Shown piece by piece: positions 1-13,600 of a stretch of 64,000 nucleotides of DNA; the stretch's first letter is position 1; every line of letters begins with the position of its first letter. The DNA comes from Dendrobates tinctorius (Eukaryota). The notes beneath the pieces are model-generated. The model was not told the origin of the DNA. It did not search any database and worked only from the letters and a program-made list of their open reading frames with translations. Where the stretch lies: contig NW_027361898.1 of the NCBI RefSeq assembly GCF_039654945.1, positions 5,394,001 to 5,458,000 on the forward strand, written 5' to 3'. Made by a program: the position numbers and the translations under genes.

Positions 1-617
1 AGCACAGCGCCGCACAGTGTGGAGCAAAGGATGACACCGCACAGTGTAGAGAGGAGCATGGCGCCATACAGTGTAGAGAGAATGACCACACTGTACAGTG
101 TGGAGCATAAGACGACACTGCACAGTGTAGAGAGGAGCACGGCGCCGCACAGGGTAGGGAGGAGCATGGCTCCGCACAGTGTAGAGAGAAGGACAACGCC
201 GTACAGTGTGGAGCGTAGGACGACACCACACAGTGTAGAGAGGAGCAGGGCGCCACACAGTGTAGAGAGAAGGACAACGCCGTACAGTGTGGAGCATAGG
301 ATGACACCACATAGTGTAGAGAGGAGTACAGCGCCGCACAGTGTAGAGCATAGGATGACACCGCACAGTGTAGAGAGAAGGACAACGCCGTACAGTGTGG
401 AGAGTAAGATGACACCGCACAGTGTAGGGAGGAGCATGGCATTGCACAGTGTAGAGAGAAGCACAGCGCCGCACAGTGTAGAGAGAAGCACAGCGCCGCA
501 CAGTGTAGAGAGGAGCACGCCGCCGAACAGTGTGGAGCATAAGATGACACCGCACAGTGTTGAGAGAAGGACAACGCTGTACAGTGTGGAGCGTAGGCTG
601 ACACTGCACAGTGTAGA
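1..617. repeat. Degenerate minisatellite (core CACAGTGTAGAGAGGAG, about 30-33 bp units), intronic to COQ4
   Basis: Repeated CACAGTGT(A/G)GAG cores; periodic PHSVERS-type ORF; continues at 2785-4690 after an insertion. Confidence 0.9.
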
Positions 618-1146
618 CTGGGTAGTTAGCGTGCACTCTAGTCAAATATAGACGAGGTGCAGGTGCAACGGACCAGTAGGTCCTAATTACAAGTTAATTA
701 AATTCACCGCACACTCAAACAGACTTTATGCAAATAGGTGTTCATTTTATTACATGTGGGAGCCAAACAGGAATATAGCACACAGTGGAAGCGATATAAA
801 TAAAAGACGTTTCGGCTCAGCCCGAGCCTTTATCATATTATCGCTTATTCCAATATTGGAGGTTTGTAAAGGGTGCAGAAGGAGAGGAGAATCTCTCAAG
901 AAGAAATACCGAGATAAATGGCTGATGTGTGCTGAGAGAAGGAAGCGCTCCCGCGCCTGTCAGAGGTGGGAGCGCTTCCTTCTCTCAGCACACATCAGCC
1001 ATTTATCTCGGTATTTCTTCTTGAGAGATTCTCCTCTCCTTCTGCACCCTTTACAAACCTCCAATATTGGAATAAGCGATAATATGATAAAGGCTCGGGC
1101 TGAGCCGAAACGTCTTTTATTTATATCGCTTCCACTGTGTGCTATA

Positions 1147-2701
1147 CACTGTGTTCCAAATTATTATGCAAAAAGAGTTTAGGATTGATAAGGTTAGAAT
1201 TTTTTTGTTTGTCATTTAAACTCATTGATGGTGATGTGTGTCAGGGCTCTTTGTATCACTGAAAGCAATTGCAGATACCTGTGCTAATTAGTTTGGCAGG
1301 TGTGTCCAAATAAAGGCAAGACTACTTAAGAAGGCTGTTCCACATTATTAAGCAGCTTACATTTTTTGCCAAAATAGGAAAGAAAAAGGATGTGTCGGCT
1401 GTTGAGAAGCAACAAATTGTGGAGTATTTAGGTCAAGGCATGACTACAATCAACATTGCCAAGACACTTCATCGTGATCATCGCACAATCAAGAAGTATG
1501 TAGCTGATTCCCAGCACACACGTGTGCGTGCTGAAAAGGAAAAATTGAGGACTCTTTCCAACAGGCAATTGCGTCAGGTTAAAAGAGCAGCTGCAAAAAT
1601 GCCTTGTCATAGTAGCAGACAAGTTTTTAAAGCTGCTGGTGCCTCCAACGTCCCCCGAACAACAAGATGCAGGGTCCTTCAGAGGTTTGCAGCTGTGCGT
1701 AAGCCATCCTGTCGACCACCTCTATCCACTGCACACAAGCAGAAACGGCTCCAGTGGGCCAAACGATACATGAAGACTGACTTCCAAACTGTTTTGTTCA
1801 CCGATGAGTGCCGTGCAACGCTCGATGGTCCAGATGGATGGAGTGGAGGATGGCTGGTTGATGGACACCCCATGAAAACACGGCTAAGGCGCCAAGGAGG
1901 AGGTGGAGTAATGTTTTGGGCTGGAATCATGGGGAGAGAGATTGTCGGCCCCTTTAGGATCCCTGCAGGGGTAAAGATGAACTCCATAATCTATGTGGAG
2001 TTTCTAAAACAGCACTTCCTGCCATGGTTCAAGAGGAAGAACCGTGCTTTCCGCAGCAAGATCATTTTCATGCATGATAATGCACCTTCTCATGCTGCAA
2101 ATAACACATCTGCATCTCTGGCTGCTATGGGCATAAAAGAGGACAAACTTATGGTGTGGCCACCATCTCCCCCTGACCTCAACCCCATTGAGAACCTCTG
2201 GAGCATCATCACAAGGAGTGTCTATGATGGCGGGAGGCAGTTCACATCTAAGCAACAGCTCTGGGAGGGGATTCTGTCCACATGCAAAACAATTGAAGCA
2301 CAAACCATCCAAAAACTGACAAAATGGACGAGAGAGTTCAGAAGCTTCTTTCGAACAAGGGGTCCTATGTGCAAATGTAACATCACCTAGAATAAAGTTT
2401 TGACGTGAAAACTGTTTGATTTCATTTTGTAATAAGCTGATAATGCTTATAATTTCACAATTGACCGTTTTTTGGTTCAAAATAAAAAGGTTGAAAACTC
2501 TGCTGTGCATAATAATTTGGAACATGCATTTTGAGTGTTTCTTATTTTTAAAAATATACTGCTCTCATAGGCAGTTTGTTCAAAAACATTGCAATTATAC
2601 TAGAATATTAGATGACCGGAAAATAACTGACTGCAATTCATATAGGTAATTTAGAGAAAATATGAGGAAATATTTTTTGCATAATAATTTGGAACACAGT
2701 G
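1147..2701 (+). mobile_element. Tc1/mariner DNA transposon, DD37E (TRT-like)
   Basis: TIRs CACTGTGTTCCAAATTATTATGCAAAA, TA duplication on both sides, transposase with FTDE...HDNA-(37 aa)-E. Confidence 0.95.
1374..2390 (+). pseudogene. DD37E Tc1-family transposase, start codon lost and C-terminal frameshift
   Basis: In-frame ATA GGA AAG AAA AAG at 1374 where ATG is expected; after QKLT the expected end (MDERVQKLLSNKGSYVQM*) is in another frame; WPPSPPDLNPIE motif. Confidence 0.85.
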
Positions 2702-2784
2702 TATTCCTGTTTGGCTCCCACATGTAATAAAATGAACACCTATTTGCATAAAGTCTGTTTGAGTGTTCGGTGAATTGAATTAAC

Positions 2785-4690
2785 TGCACAGTGTAGAGAG
2801 GAGCACGGCGCCGCACAGTGTAGGGAGAACGACAACACTGTACAGTGTGGAGCATAGGACGACACTGCACAGTGTAGAGAGGAGCATGGCGCCGCACAGG
2901 GTAGGGAGGAGCATGGCTCCTCACAGTGTAGAGAGAAGGACAACGCCGTATAGTGTGGAGCATAGGACGACGACGCACAGTGTAGAGAGAAGGACAACGC
3001 CGTACAGTGTGGAGTGTAGGACAACGCCGCACAGTGTAAAGATGAGTACGGTGACGCACAGTGTAGAGAGCAGAGTGGCACAGGAAAAACAGTGTAGAGA
3101 GGAGTATAGTGACGCAAAGTGTAGAGAGGAGCACAGTGTGGAGAGGAGTACGGCACTGCACAGTGTAGAGAGGACAACGCCATACAGTGTGGAGAGTAGG
3201 ACAACATGTAGAGATGAGTAAGGTGACGCACAGTGTAGAGAGCAGAGTGGCGAAGGAAAAGCAGTGTAGAGAGGAAGAGAGGAGTACGGCACCGCACAGT
3301 GTAGAGATGAGTATAGTGACGCAAAGTGTAGAGAGGAGTACAGTGACGCACAGTGAAGAGAGAAGCACAGCGCCACACACTGTACAAAGGAGCACGGCGC
3401 CGCACAGTGTAGAGAGGAGCACGGCATCGCACAGTGTAGAGAAGAGCACAGCGCCGAACAGTGTGGAGCATAGGATGACACCGCACGGTGTAGAGAGGAG
3501 CACGGCGCCGTCCAGTGTAGAGAGGAGCACAGTGCCACAGTGTAGAGAGAACGACAACACTGTACAGTGTGGGGCACAGGACGACACTGCACAGTGTAGA
3601 GGGGAGCACGGCACCGCGCAGTGTAGAGAGAAGGACGACGACGTACAGTGTGGAGTGTAGGAAAACATCGCACAGTATAGAGATGAATACAGTGACGCAC
3701 AGTGTAGAGAGCAGAGTGGCGCAGGAAAAACAGTGTAGAGTGGAAGAGAGAAGTATAGTGACGCAAAGTGTAGAGAGGAGCACAGTGTAGAGAGGAGTAC
3801 GGCACTGCACAGTGTAGAGAGGAGCATGGCGTGGCACAGTATAGAGAGAAGGACAACGCCGAACAGTGTGGAGCATAGGATGACACCGCACAGTGTAGAG
3901 AGGAGCACGGCGCCGCACAGTGTGGAGCATAGGATGACACCGCACAGTGTAGAGAGGAGCACAGTGCCACAGTGTAGAGAGAACGACAACTCTGTACAGT
4001 GTGGAGCACAGGACGACACTGCACAGTGTAGAGAGGAGCACAGCACCGCAGAGTGTAGAGGGGAGCACGGCACCGCGCAGTGTAGAGAGGACGACGACGC
4101 ACAGTGTAGAGCGTAGGACGACACCGTACAGTGTGGAGTGTAGGAAAGCATCGCACAGTGTAGAGAGCAGAGTGGCGCAGGAAAAACAGTGTAGAGAGAA
4201 AGAGAGGAGTATAGTGACGCAAAGTGTAGAGAGGAGCACAGTGTAGAGAGCAGAGTGGCGCCGCACATTGAAGAGAGGAGCACAGCGAGGCACAGTGTAG
4301 AGAGAAGGACAACGCCGTACAGTGTGGAGCGTAGGACAACACCACACAGTGTAAAGATGAGTACGGTGACGCACAGTGTAGAGAGCAGAGTGGCGCAGGA
4401 AAAGCAGTGTAGAAATGAGTATAGTGACGCAAAGTGTAGAGAGGAGTACAGTGATGCACAGTGTAGAGAGCAGAGTGGCGCCGCACAGTGTAGAGATGAG
4501 TATAGTGACGCACAGTGTAGAGATGAGTATTGTGACGCAAAGTGTAGAGAGGAGTACGGCACCGCACATTGTAGAGAGCAGAGTGGCGTCACACAGTGAA
4601 GAGAGGAGTAGGGCACTGCACAGTGTAGAGAGGAGTACAGTGATGCAGAGTGGCGCCATACAGTGTAGAGAGGAGCACGGCATTCCACAG
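2785..4690. repeat. Continuation of the CACAGTGTAGAGAG minisatellite
   Basis: Same repeat core as 1-617; produces periodic ORFs in several frames. Confidence 0.9.
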
Positions 4691-4792
4691 TATATAGCGG
4701 CGTTCAACGCCGTTTGATCCGAACTTGCTGCTTCACTTTTGCTTTCACACATCATTGGCAATAATTCTTACAGTTCTCTCTGAAATCTGCAG

Positions 4793-7700
4793 ATATGATC
4801 GCCGTTCTCGGGGAAACCACCGGCACCCTGGCTCTGCAGAACCTGTACGAAAAAATGAGCAAAGACCCAGAGGGGATGCAGATCTTACAGTGCGTTATCC
4901 CATTGTATATAAGACGTCTGATGATGTGTCACATTTCATCTTGTGCTCCAATTACATCCAGAGCTGCGTGCAAAGTTCTGCTCTGCTGCTTGTTCACTAA
5001 GAGTTGTTCAGTAGCCAGTTTGACTGTCAGCAGCATTGTGATTGCAGCTCTGGATGTGACGGGAGAATTATAAATCAGCTGGCTGGATTCTTCATCTGCT
5101 GACTCTACCTTTTCCCCTCAGGGAGCGCCCTCGCATCCGCATGTCTAACCTGGATATGGAGCGGTTCAGAGCGCTGCCTGATGGGACGTTCGGCAGAGAG
5201 TACACCAGGTTCCTGGATGTCAATGTAAGTGCGCTGTCACTTTAACAACGTGATGTAGGTGATGATGACTATCGACTTGTCTACTCCAGTCATATCCACA
5301 GTGTGCGGTCTGCAGATCCGTTTATTTGTGTCGCTTCTAATGAATAACTGTCTCGTCTCGCTGTAGCGCGTCACCCCTGACACTCGCATGCCAGTGAAGT
5401 TTGTGGATGACGAGGAGCTGGCGTATGTGGCTCAGCGATACCGAGAAGTCCACGACCTCCTGCACACCCTGCTGGGGATGCCCACCAACATGCTAGGTGA
5501 GATCCGGGGGGCATCCTGAGCCGTCCCGGGGGCGGATAAGACGCTGTGGTGTTGCTGATCACGTTCTCTTCTCCCTTCAGGGGAAGTCGTAGTGAAGTGG
5601 TTTGAAGCCGTGCAGACTCGGCTGCCCATGTGCATGCTGGGAGCTGTGTTTGGACCTCTACGCCTCAGCACCAGGTAGGGGCACAGTGGCATGTCGCCCA
5701 CTGCAGATGGCATGGGCACAGCTCTTGTTGGGTACCAGAGCTGTGCCAATGCCATCTGCAGTGGGCGACATGGCATGGGCACAGCTCTTGTACCCACACC
5801 CTCCCGAAACTTGGTCCTTATCACGATGCACAGTCAGGATGGGCGGTTTTGGGGCTAATGATGAAGAAAAGTTTTGCGTTGGATGGGAATAGTCTTGATT
5901 CCATATAGAAGATCATCAGGCAGTGGGCACCTTCACTCAAGGGAAAGAAGTGTCATCAGTGGGGGTCTTGGTGTTCGGACCCGCACTCATCTAGTAGTTA
6001 TCAGCTGCCCTGTAAAAGGTTAATGACTTCTTACTAGAGTCCTCTATATAGGCACAGACTGCGCTGATACAGTGGGGAAAAAAAGTATTTAGTCAGTCAG
6101 CAATAGTGCAAGTTCCACCACTTAAAAAGATGAGAGGCGTCTGTAATTTACATCATAGGTAGACCTCAACTATGGGAGACAAACTGAGAAAAAAAAAATC
6201 CAGAAAATCACATTGTCTGTTTTTTTTCATTTTATTTGCATATTATGGTGGAAAATAAGTATTTGGTCAGAAACAAGCAATCAAGATTTCTGGCTCTCAC
6301 AGACCTGTAACTCCTTCTTTAAGAGTCTCCTCTTTCCTCCACTCATTACCTGTAGTAATGGCACCTGTTTAAACTTGTTATCAGTATAAAGAGACACCTG
6401 TGCACACCCTCAAACAGTCTGACTCCAAACTCCACTATGGTGAAGACCAAAGAGCTGTCAAAGGACACCAGAAACAAAATTGTAGCCCTGCACCAGGCTG
6501 GGAAGACTGAATCTGCAATAGCCAACCAGCTTGGAGTGAAGAAATCAACTGTGGGAGCAATAATTAGAAAATGGAAGACATACAAGACCACTGATAATCT
6601 CCCTCGATCTGGTGCTCCACGCAAAATCCCACCCCGTGGGGTCAGAATGATCACAAGAACGGTGAACAAAAATCCCAGAACCACGCGGGGGGACCTAGTG
6701 AATGAACTGCAGAGAGCTGGGACCAATGTAACAAGGCCTACCATAAGTAACACACTACGCCACCATGGACTCAGATCCTGCAGTGCCAGACGTGTCCCAC
6801 TGCTTAAGCCTGTACATGTCCGGGCCCGTCTGAAGTTTGCTAGAGAGCATTTGGATGATCCAGAGGAGTTTTGGGAGAATGTCCTATGGTCTGATGAAAC
6901 CAAACTGGAACTGTTTGGTAGAAACACAACTTGTCGTGTTTGGAGGAAAAAGAATACTGAGTTGCATCCATCAAACACCATACCTACTGTAAAGCATGGT
7001 GGTGGAAACATCATGCTTTGGGGCTGTTTCACTGCAAAGGGGCCAGGACGACTGATCCGGGTACATGAAAGAATGAATGGGGCCATGTATCGTGAGATTT
7101 TGAGTGAAAACCTCCTTCCATCAGCAAGGGCATTGAAGATGAAACGTGGCTGGGTCTTTCAACATGACAATGATCCAAAGCACACCGCCAGGGCAACGAA
7201 GGAGTGGCTTCGTAAGAAGCATTTCAAGGTCCTGGAGTGGCCTAGCCAGTCTCCAGATCTCAACCCTATAGAAAACCTTTGGAGGGAGTTGAAAGTCCGT
7301 GTTGCCAAGCGAAAAGCCAAAAACATCACTGCTCTAGAGGAGATCTGCATGGAGGAATGGGCCAACATACCAACAACAGTGTGTGGCAACCTTGTGAAGA
7401 CTTACAGAAAACGTTTGACCTCTGTCATTGCCAACAAAGGATATATCACAAAGTATTGAGATGAAATTTTGTTTCTGACCAAATACTTATTTTCCACCAT
7501 AATATGCAAATAAAATGAAAAAAAACAGACAATGTGATTTTCTGGATTTTTTTTTCTCAGTTTGTCTCCCATAGTTGAGGTCTACCTATGATGTAAATTA
7601 CAGACGCCTCTCATCTTTTTAAGTGGTGGAACTTGCACTATTGCTGACTGACTAAATACTTTTTTTCCCCACTGTACATAGTAGCTGCCGGACAGGGAAG

Positions 7701-8070
7701 ATTGTCTAGACAGGCTGCAACTGTAGCAAACCTTCAGCTGTGAGCAGCAGGAGGTCTGTACCATCACTTAGACAATGAATGGGGTTATGGGATCCCAGAC
7801 CCCCCCCACAATCGTACATATGTGGATTGGGCCTTATTCACACCCATAGTGGTCAGCTCTAATGATATCTGTTGCTCCTTCCGTATGACTTTTTTTTTCT
7901 TTCTTTTCAGGAGGAAGAAGAAATTGCTTGAGCTGGTCCCATGGGCTGTGCAGAGTGGGCGCGACGCTCGCTGCGTTCTTTGTTTTTACTATGAGAATCG
8001 ATGGGAGCAGACTGTGGTGTCCCTGAGAGAAGAGATCGGGATCCTGCCCCCTCCAGCTATCAGGGTCTGA
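4793..8070 (+). CDS. COQ4: Ubiquinone biosynthesis protein COQ4, last five coding exons (5' exons lie upstream of the window)
   Basis: Exons 4793-4889, 5122-5224, 5367-5496, 5581-5674, 7911-8070, all AG/GT with matching phase; translation [11 protein letters not shown]...[34 protein letters not shown]...YYENRWEQ contains the HDxxH-(x)11-E metal motif. Confidence 0.96.
5690..5772. repeat. Intronic inverted repeat (about 36-bp stem)
   Basis: CATGTCGCCCACTGCAGATGGCATGGGCACAGCTCT pairs with AGAGCTGTGCCAATGCCATCTGCAGTGGGCGACATG with one mismatch. Confidence 0.85.
6070..7674 (+). mobile_element. Full-length Tc1 DNA transposon (DD34E, IR/DR type) in the last COQ4 intron
   Basis: About 200-bp near-perfect TIRs starting CAGTGGGGAAAAAAAGTATTT, TA duplication, intact transposase. 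Confidence 0.97.
6437..7459 (+). CDS. Tc1 transposase, 340 aa, intact DD34E
   Basis: ATG to stop without lesions; paired-like HTH, GAPRK linker, WSDE, HDND-(34 aa)-[13 protein letters not shown]. Confidence 0.96.
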   Translation: MVKTKELSKDTRNKIVALHQAGKTESAIANQLGVKKSTVGAIIRKWKTYKTTDNLPRSGAPRKIPPRGVRMITRTVNKNPRTTRGDLVNELQRAGTNVTRPTISNTLRHHGLRSCSARRVPLLKPVHVRARLKFAREHLDDPEEFWENVLWSDETKLELFGRNTTCRVWRKKNTELHPSNTIPTVKHGGGNIMLWGCFTAKGPGRLIRVHERMNGAMYREILSENLLPSARALKMKRGWVFQHDNDPKHTARATKEWLRKKHFKVLEWPSQSPDLNPIENLWRELKVRVAKRKAKNITALEEICMEEWANIPTTVCGNLVKTYRKRLTSVIANKGYITKY

Positions 8071-8241
8071 CCATGCCCATCGCTGAGGCTTGTCCTCGCC
8101 TAGATATCCTATCAAGAATTTGCAGTGAAAAATGATGAGAGCAAAGATGTCGTCCACACGCTGCCAAGAATTAACGCAGATTGAGCTGCGGAGGTCTACT
8201 GATTTTTTTCACTGCAGATTTCTCTCAATGTAGTGCCTATA

Positions 8242-9781
<1,540 letters not shown>

Positions 9782-9988
9782 TATAATTGGGGGGGGTCCT
9801 ATTGCTGCATAGGATGATTGTATGGTGGTCCGATTGCTGCAACCCCCAGAGTAATCTGTGTGACCACCACTCCTAAACACCGTGGTCACACATGCTCACT
9901 ACCTCTCCATTGACACAGCGGACTCGGAGACCCCCAGTCTCCTGATAACGAGAGGGGGTCCTCTACTGTTTATAGATTATCTGCGATT

Positions 9989-10020
9989 TTTATTGAAGTT
10001 TCTACATTAAAGAAAATAAA
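9989..10020. terminator. Opposed candidate polyadenylation signals for COQ4 (+, AATAAA 10015-10020) and the ARM-FN3 gene (-, AATAAA 9994-9989)
   Basis: Hexamers present in an AT-rich patch between two convergent genes; use is not demonstrated. Confidence 0.45.
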
Positions 10021-10694
10021 TATTTTTGTTATTAAAGTTCCTTTTAGTTTAGGTGCATTTGTAATATAATCATCTCCAAAGCCGGAAACGTCCATTGTGA
10101 TCGTAATGAAGCCGCATACGGATAGGAGGCCGTTATTGGGGAATTGTGCCTCCACAGCGTCATCTGGTGGCAGCACCAGAGCACAGAATCTTCTGTCTTT
10201 TCAGCCGGAGGTCAAAGTCGCTGTGGTGTAATCCTGGGCACCTCACACAAATGTCCCATTGTCCTTCCACCTTGACAAGTGTTCAGGTGCTGGACGGGGG
10301 AACCCTATATTCTGTCAGGCTGTGCGGATGCCATATTATGGTAATGCAGGGTGCCCGGAATTATTTAGAAGAGGTATTCATTTATGTAAATATTTCAGGA
10401 GCCTGGATGTTCGGTGACATCCATGTTGTTACCCAGGATTTATTCTGGGGTTGCAGAGGGACGTTTAGTTGTGCAGGTTCCTATAGAAGCCCCTTCTTGC
10501 TTTTGGCATAGCTCTAGCTCTGGTTCATGCTATTGCAGCCGCCACCTGGTGCCTGCGAGTCACTTTGTTACTGTAATGACAGGTTACAGCAGCTGGTAAC
10601 AGTGGAGCACATGGATCCCTGATCATGGGAGATATAGGTGTTGCGTTACCGTGAAATTAAAGGGGTGGTGAATGACGTCGATGCTGCAGTCCAG

Positions 10695-13600
10695 TCAGTG
10701 GTGGGGAAGGACCCTCTGAGGCAGGTGGATGGGGGCAGGTGGTAGGCGGAAGGTCACTCCTGAGTCTGCAATTAGGACGTGAACATCTTTTTGGAAAGTT
10801 CTGGATACAGATGGATTGCTCCTAAGAAACAAAATTTTTTTTTTTTTTTTTATTGAGGGTCTTGTGTGCTTGGCAACTTTTTGGCAGGTGCCAGTGGAGC
10901 TCATCTCTCCTACCTTGGGCCTCGCAGTGATTCCACTGATTTTGCTTCAGTGCTCTTCAGACCGCGGACAGATGACAGTTCTGAACGGAGATGAGACCAG
11001 GAATGACGTCTGCCGTCACTGTGACCTGGAGAGGAAAAGATGGAGTGATTCATAATAGGTCCCCTACTGATCTTGGTCGGGTGTGCACGAAGACTGTTAA
11101 TATGGGGTCTCAATGACAGCACCATAGTGGACGGAAAGGCAAAATGGTATCAGAATCCGCCAGTAGTGCAGCCTCAGGCCTATAACATTATGTGATCGGA
11201 CCTCCACAAAAGTTTGGCACACGGCGGGAAGAACTCCGGACATACACCTCCTGACCAACATATGGAAAACAATTTCTGCTGTGCGCACAGAACAAACATG
11301 ACGTCTCACCAACACCGCGTGATAAGAGGCTGCCTCTGCGCACCAGGCCCTTGGACACGTTGGATGGGTTGGATAAGGCTTCATCGGTAGGAGTCAAGGG
11401 ATATGTGGCAGAAAACTTGCACAGTTTTTTCTCTCCATTGGTTAAAGCGTCCGTGAAGTCCCAAGCATTGACTTTCAGGCTCCGATGTCTGTACCGCATG
11501 ATGGGATCTGCCGAGAATTGAAGCCAGAGAGACAACTATTAATTGAACCAATTTCGCTGAATATTTTGGACAGATTTTAGGGGGTTACGTGCGAAGGCCT
11601 CACCTCGCACCGCCTGCAGCGCTTTCTTCTGAGTGATGCATCTGTCTTTATCCGACACCCTGGAACAATCCTGGAACAGGCTGGAATAGGAAAAAAATAG
11701 CACTACTATTAGGACTATAACTCTCATCTGTGCATGCTGGGTGCTCGATGAAGCCCACTCCAGGGTCGCACACAGAGGAGTAGTCCCCCCTCCTGACCTT
11801 GGAGTGGATACACATTATATATGTCTGCTGCAAACCCACTTAGGTGGTGCGGGCCTGTCCTGGTGGTCCAGCCTGATCAGATCATTCTCTGTCTTGGCCC
11901 TGCTGCTCAGTAAATATTCGGACTCCAGGCTACAGAGAGATGCAATAGGCGTCAGTCTAATCCCAAACGCGCTTTGTGGCTTTTTGGTGTCGGCTGTGGT
12001 GTTTTGCACTGGGGTGATATCTGTGGTCTTCGGCTTTGAAGGCTGCAAAACAATAAAAATTGTAACGGTGATGACCAAAATCCAGCAATGTCCACTTCCA
12101 AAATACGTGTGCATCCTGTCCGCGTTTTATTCCAGTCCTAAAATTGCAAATATCCGGTTCTAATCTACATATCCCCTTCTAGAAATGTACTTATTTTATA
12201 TAATAAAAGGTTTTCTCCTCCAATCACATCCAAAGCTGCATCCAAAACAGCTGAGCAAAGTTCCTTTGAAGTATGGCACAGCATTTTGTGAGATGTCATT
12301 GACCGCACCTCCCAGTCCACAGACTGTGTGACCATGTGAGCAGAATTTTGAGTGCAGCTCTGGATGTGACTGGAGTAAGTTTTCCGGCGTCTCTCACATA
12401 ATATTCAGATGACAGATGCGTGGTATAAATAATTACGACCTTACGTTGTACCTTTGGGCCGGCGATGGCAGCAGGATTCCTCTCTGACTTGTCGTAGCCG
12501 TTTTCTGTCTGTTCGAGGCTTTTTTGGTTCTCTTTTTTGATGTTTTTGCTCGATCGTCCCGGCGTTATATCGCTGGGTGAAGGGGGCTGGTCCAAGCAAA
12601 GGAAAAAAGGGCAAGAGATGGTAACCCCCTCTGTGCTTCCATATACCCGAATACGGCAGGCATCTACAGCTAGAACAACCCCTTTAAGGCTGAATTCTCC
12701 AGCACTTGTGCTGCAGATTATTGTCTCCCCAATACAAGCAGTACAATTCCACACTTTTACCTTGATCACAAGCGATTGAGCAGTGACGGGGCCGTCGTTG
12801 GGATCTGCCGTCCAGGATACATCTGAGTTTCTCCTAGACAGAGCGGAGAATACGTCAACCCCCAATAGTGTTATCCCCAGCGCTGCACCGTGATGGTCAC
12901 GTACCGTGTTCTGGTGGAGACGGCTTTGTTGTCTCGTTTGGTTCTGCTCGTCTGCTTGCTCGTCAGCGGCCGTACGCCCTGGCTTTTGGTGAGAGAGCTT
13001 CTCCTGGATGGTTTCTCGCTCTGATCGGTCGCCTCTGCAGGAGAAGAACCGGATATGTGGCGAGAGCCCCCCGTTTGGTTTCTATCCAGAAAAAAATATC
13101 ACATCAGATCAGGTCTATTCCTTGCTAAATCTGCCTCTACGGTCACTAAGAAAGCTGCATCTGGCATTAATGTTTTTTTTTTTTTATGTCTTTGTCATGT
13201 TGTGTTTAGTTACTTTATTTTACCTTTGCACTAGAGATAAATGGAACCATCAACAAGTGTGGAAGGACCGAGTATGTGCTCTCTTTTGCAGGTAAGATTT
13301 ATTTATTACTAAATGTGCAGCCATGATTCTGGGGTAGATTCTAATTGTAAGGGTGTGTGGACTCATGACGGGCCTCATTAAGGCGACAAGGGCACATGGA
13401 TTGGCCATGTGGTTGGCGCGCTGTGACAGACAACACAGGAAGATTGTATACAATTTCTTGTACTTAGTAAACTTTCCTAAAACGTCTTTGTTAAAAATCC
13501 TGCTTGCTGATGGTTTCCAGAGCATAATTGATTTTTTGATTTTTATTTTTGCAGGAAACCAGTAAACGCAGCCTGACGTGGAGTGCGGCCCTGTAATAAC

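Larger units (their letters stand above)
618..2784 (-). mobile_element. Fold-back (palindromic) element, probably a 5'-truncated and inverted Penelope-like remnant, split by a Tc1 insertion
   Basis: Left arm 693-952 is the reverse complement of 968-1146 plus 2704-2784 (15-nt loop); unpaired tail 618-692; hammerhead-like ATGATAA-AGGCTC-GGGCT-GAGCC-GAAACGTC in each arm; TGCACAGTGTAGA on both flanks. Confidence 0.6.

Noticed and set aside
754-1182. 142-aa ORF
   Set aside because: Lies across the palindrome; no recognisable protein features.
2595-4761. Long Cys/His/Ser-rich ORFs (548-697 aa)
   Set aside because: Open in several frames because of a stop-poor minisatellite inside a COQ4 intron.
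6346-7086. 246-aa ORF antisense to the transposase
   Set aside because: Shadow ORF of the Tc1 coding sequence.
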